Shown piece by piece: positions 61,370 to 64,000 of a DNA stretch of 64,000 nt (its first letter is position 1; every line of letters starts with the position of its first letter). The notes below the pieces were generated by a model that did no database searches, was not told where the DNA came from, and saw nothing but the letters and a program-made list of their open reading frames with translations. Source of the stretch: an archaeon (GTDB lineage Archaea > Nanobdellota > Nanobdellia > Pacearchaeales > GW2011-AR1); contig JABHTJ010000004.1 of assembly GCA_018697295.1 (NCBI GenBank), forward strand, positions 1,159 through 65,158, in the 5' to 3' direction. Both the position numbers and the translations under genes were made by a program.

Positions 61370-61450
61370 CGCCCATACGAGGAATCGAACCTCGACGCTC
61401 CGAAGAGCCATGAGTTCCAGTCATGTGCGATACCATTATGCGATATGGGC
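61370..61450 (-). tRNA. tRNA-Ser (anticodon GGA)
   Basis: Acceptor GCCCAUA/UAUGGGC with discriminator G; anticodon stem CAUGA/UCAUG with loop CUGGAAC; 14-nt variable arm; T-arm CGAGG-UUCGAUU-CCUCG. Confidence 0.9.
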
Positions 61451-61568
61451 CTGGTAATTACTTGGAAAAATTCGTTTTTAAAATTATTGTGAGAATTTAG
61501 TTAATTGTAGTTATTGTTTAATAGTAACATATAGGAAGTTTTATAAACTAAAAGATCTTCTTACTTTT

Positions 61569-62213
61569 ATGAAAATCTCTAGGGCACACAGAGTTGATGT
61601 AAGAAGTCTTGGTTATGAAACTGATAAAGATAGCGGAATTATCCTTGGTTTATCGAAGGTGAATATTACTCCAAGTCAACCAACTCAAGGAAAACTTAGG
61701 GGAATTTGTATTCCTTTTGAAATTGATAGCGAAGCAATTTCACTTTATTCAGAAGGTGCTTTTTTTTATGGTCCTGAAAGCGAATTAAGGCACAATTACC
61801 ATCGAAACGTTTCTCAAGAAGTTAAGCGAAACTATATGGTCCCTTCGGAAAGGGCAGGTGGAACTCCAAATTTTCAGGTACCTCTTGCAGAGTTAGGGCT
61901 CAGTGGTTATCGAGACAATCTTGCTCAAAAATTAGTTGAAAATCCTGGAGAATTTATTGGAGATGATTTGAGCGAACTTATTGAAGAAATAATCCCTGAA
62001 AAACGAGGAAGTCTTGGACAAACCTTTAGACTTTTTCCACTAGAACTTCGAAGAGAAGTAGAAAAATCTGGGAGCTATTTTGCTGGAAGATCTTTTAAGA
62101 AAGGAGAAGTTGAATCAGAGGAATATCATGGTCGTAGAAAAGTCACTGGAAAGAGATTGAATCCTACAGGCGGAGTTCCAAATTGGTCAAATTCTTCAGG
62201 GCATAAAAGGTAA
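61569..62213 (+). CDS. Hypothetical protein
   Basis: 214-aa ORF with no recognised domain. Confidence 0.5.
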   Translation: MKISRAHRVDVRSLGYETDKDSGIILGLSKVNITPSQPTQGKLRGICIPFEIDSEAISLYSEGAFFYGPESELRHNYHRNVSQEVKRNYMVPSERAGGTPNFQVPLAELGLSGYRDNLAQKLVENPGEFIGDDLSELIEEIIPEKRGSLGQTFRLFPLELRREVEKSGSYFAGRSFKKGEVESEEYHGRRKVTGKRLNPTGGVPNWSNSSGHKR

Positions 62214-62238
62214 ATTTTTTTAAAATTATTGTGAGAAA

Positions 62239-62547
62239 TTAATCAACCATCTCGATTTTAATCTTAACTGTTCGTGGAATTGAGATTCTCATAACATTAT
62301 GTAAGATTTTGTCGTTTGCTGGAAGGTCAACGATTCGTTTATGGATTCTCATTTCGAATCGGTCGAATGTTGCTGTTCCGTCACCACAAGGAGATTTTCT
62401 TGTTGTAACTTTTAATCTTTTTGTTGGTAATGGTATTGGGCCAGAAATTGGAATGCCTGCGGTACTTGAGATAGATTTGATTCTATCTATTACTTGATTT
62501 AATTTATCAATTTCCACGCTTTGTAATTTGATTCTTACTTTCGACAT
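62239..62547 (-). CDS. rps10: 30S ribosomal protein S10
   Basis: Trimmed to MSKVRIKLQS.... IPISGPIPLPTKRLKVTTRKSPCGDGTATFDRFEMRIHKRIVDL is the uS10 signature. Confidence 0.92.
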   Translation of the reverse strand: MSKVRIKLQSVEIDKLNQVIDRIKSISSTAGIPISGPIPLPTKRLKVTTRKSPCGDGTATFDRFEMRIHKRIVDLPANDKILHNVMRISIPRTVKIKIEMVD

Positions 62548-62630
62548 TGTATTTAGTCTATACATGAACTGTATAGACATAATGATTTTACCAAAATTAG
62601 ACTTTTAAACCTTACTATCTTAAATCTTAC

Positions 62631-63338
62631 ATGGACAGAAAAAGATTGATTCTGATTATTTTATTTATTGTGAGTGGAATTTGGTATTATCAACTTACCG
62701 ACGAGGATTTAAGTGAAAAAACACAAGCATTTGTAATCGAAGTTACTGATGGAGATACGATTAAACTTGAAAATGGTGCGAAGGTTCGGTTCCTTGGAAT
62801 AAATACGCCTGAGAAAAAGCAGCCTTATTATTCTGAGGCGAAAGAATTTTTGAAGGTTGTTGAGAATACAACTGTTAGTTTGGAAATTGCTGGAACTGAT
62901 AGGTATGGTCGACTTCTTGCCCATGTTTTTTGGAATGGACAACATTTGAATGAGGCGATTTTAGAAGAAGGGTTTGCGACACTATATTATTATGAACATG
63001 ACGAATATTATTCCGATTTGTCTAGTGCTGAAGAGGCTGCACGTGAAAATGGACTTGGAATTTGGAAGCGTTCAGGAGATTATGGTTGTTTGGAATTAGT
63101 GGAATTGCAATATGAAGAAGAAGGTGGGCGATGTATTGAGGGTGAGGTTTTGGAACTTGAAAATGTTTGTGACTTTGGAATAGATTTTACATTTAAGGAT
63201 GATGCGACTCATATTTATGACGATTTTGTTGAGGGTGGCCAAATTTATCGCGAGGAATTTTCTTGTATCTTTAATGATGCTGGAGATTCGCTTTATGTTT
63301 ATGATTCCAAAGGTTTATTACTCTTTTATCGCTATTAA
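62631..63338 (+). CDS. Membrane-anchored staphylococcal-nuclease-like (thermonuclease) protein
   Basis: TM LILIILFIVSGIWYY. SNase motifs VTDGDTIKL, VRFLGINTPE, YGRLLAHVF, LNEAILEEGFA. Confidence 0.85.
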   Translation: MDRKRLILIILFIVSGIWYYQLTDEDLSEKTQAFVIEVTDGDTIKLENGAKVRFLGINTPEKKQPYYSEAKEFLKVVENTTVSLEIAGTDRYGRLLAHVFWNGQHLNEAILEEGFATLYYYEHDEYYSDLSSAEEAARENGLGIWKRSGDYGCLELVELQYEEEGGRCIEGEVLELENVCDFGIDFTFKDDATHIYDDFVEGGQIYREEFSCIFNDAGDSLYVYDSKGLLLFYRY

Positions 63339-63342
63339 TTTT

Positions 63343-63870
63343 ATGATACCTACTCTTGCTTGTGATTTGGCTGTTAATGGATTTACTCCAAATATTCAAA
63401 ACACTACATTAACGCTTTTTTCACATTTTATCGCGATTTTTTTTGATAGTATTGTGTTGACGATAGTTTCATTTTTGATAGCGACATATTTTTTCCTGAG
63501 ACATAGGGAGAAGAAAGGAATTTTTTTATTGATGGTAATGTTTTTTTCTGGCGCGATTATATTTTTATTGAAGAATTTATTTGGTAGGGCTAGACCGATT
63601 AATTCTTTTGTTGTTGAATCAGGATATGCTTTTCCGAGCGGTCACTCTACCATTATTGTTGTATTCTTGGGACTTTTGGTTTATTTGTTTGCAGCGAGGA
63701 AAAATGTTTTGAAGATGTCATTAGTTGCCGGATTATTAGCGTTATTTGTCGGATTTACTCGACTATATCTTGGAGTTCACTATTTGAGTGATGTTCTCGC
63801 AGGATTTATAGTTGGGGGAATTATTTTGTTTGTTAGCATTAGAATTTATGGGAAGTTTTTGAAGAAGTAA
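63343..63870 (+). CDS. PAP2-family lipid phosphatase
   Basis: Trimmed to MIPTLACDL.... Motifs KNLFGRARP, PSGHS, TRLYLGVHYLSDV. Confidence 0.85.
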   Translation: MIPTLACDLAVNGFTPNIQNTTLTLFSHFIAIFFDSIVLTIVSFLIATYFFLRHREKKGIFLLMVMFFSGAIIFLLKNLFGRARPINSFVVESGYAFPSGHSTIIVVFLGLLVYLFAARKNVLKMSLVAGLLALFVGFTRLYLGVHYLSDVLAGFIVGGIILFVSIRIYGKFLKK

Positions 63871-64000
63871 TTATTTTTTCAAATTAACATCCATTTGTGG
63901 AAATGGAATTTCTATGTTATTTTTGTTGAGTGCATTGTAGATTCTCGTGTTTGCTTCATCTATTGCTCCAAGCTTATTTTTGTATGAATCTACGTAGAAA
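63871..64000 (-). CDS. C-terminal fragment of an MscS-like mechanosensitive channel (continues beyond window)
   Basis: Manual translation of the minus strand: ...AIDEANTRIYNALNKNNIEIPFPQMDVNLKK*. The IEIPFPQ.DV ending is typical of the MscS family. Confidence 0.5.
   Translation of the reverse strand, partial: FYVDSYKNKLGAIDEANTRIYNALNKNNIEIPFPQMDVNLKK

Noticed and set aside
61254-61436. 60-aa minus-strand ORF
   Set aside because: It is composed of the tRNA-Ser(GGA) gene and its duplicated 3' fragment read as protein. Spurious.

Overview
Visibly AT-rich, very gene-dense archaeal chromosome segment. The archaeal assignment rests on a group II chaperonin (thermosome), archaeal-type ThrRS and TrpRS, Kae1, Elp3, the L7Ae-S28e-L24e ribosomal cluster, S10, and class III-signal pilins. 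Genes are packed tightly, with ATGA/TAATG start-stop overlaps and convergent genes sharing stop codons. TATA boxes sit about 25 nt upstream of many ATGs, which implies mostly leaderless mRNAs. The small-genome style plus a very heavy load of secreted, Cys-rich or adhesin-like proteins suggests a DPANN-like episymbiotic archaeon; this is inference only. Housekeeping content: ppsA (5' truncated), gyrB/gyrA, ribosomal proteins, kae1, disA plus a DHH phosphoesterase, thermosome, rubrerythrin, trpS, thrS, elp3, an XPD-like helicase, and three tRNAs (Gly-GCC, Ser-GGA, and an unusual Ser-AGA). About half the window is accessory surface-protein genes: Fn3, PKD, NHL and PD40-like propellers, an M64-like protease, and pilins. 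The most striking feature is a tandemly duplicated four-gene cassette at 43.4-51.6 kb. Each copy has three translationally coupled small secreted Cys-rich proteins of a family I cannot name, followed by one giant adhesin-like protein; a seventh family member lies on the opposite strand. I interpret this as a candidate undescribed surface-fibre or host-attachment system. Other points of interest: a tRNA-Gly-linked mini-island bounded by a tRNA relic and inverted repeats, three secreted-protein genes interrupted by in-frame stops, an unlisted 39-aa desulforedoxin gene, a translationally coupled DisA-DHH pair, and a zinc-ribbon ORF wedged between gyrB and gyrA. No CRISPR array, rRNA, transposase, integrase or reverse transcriptase was seen.
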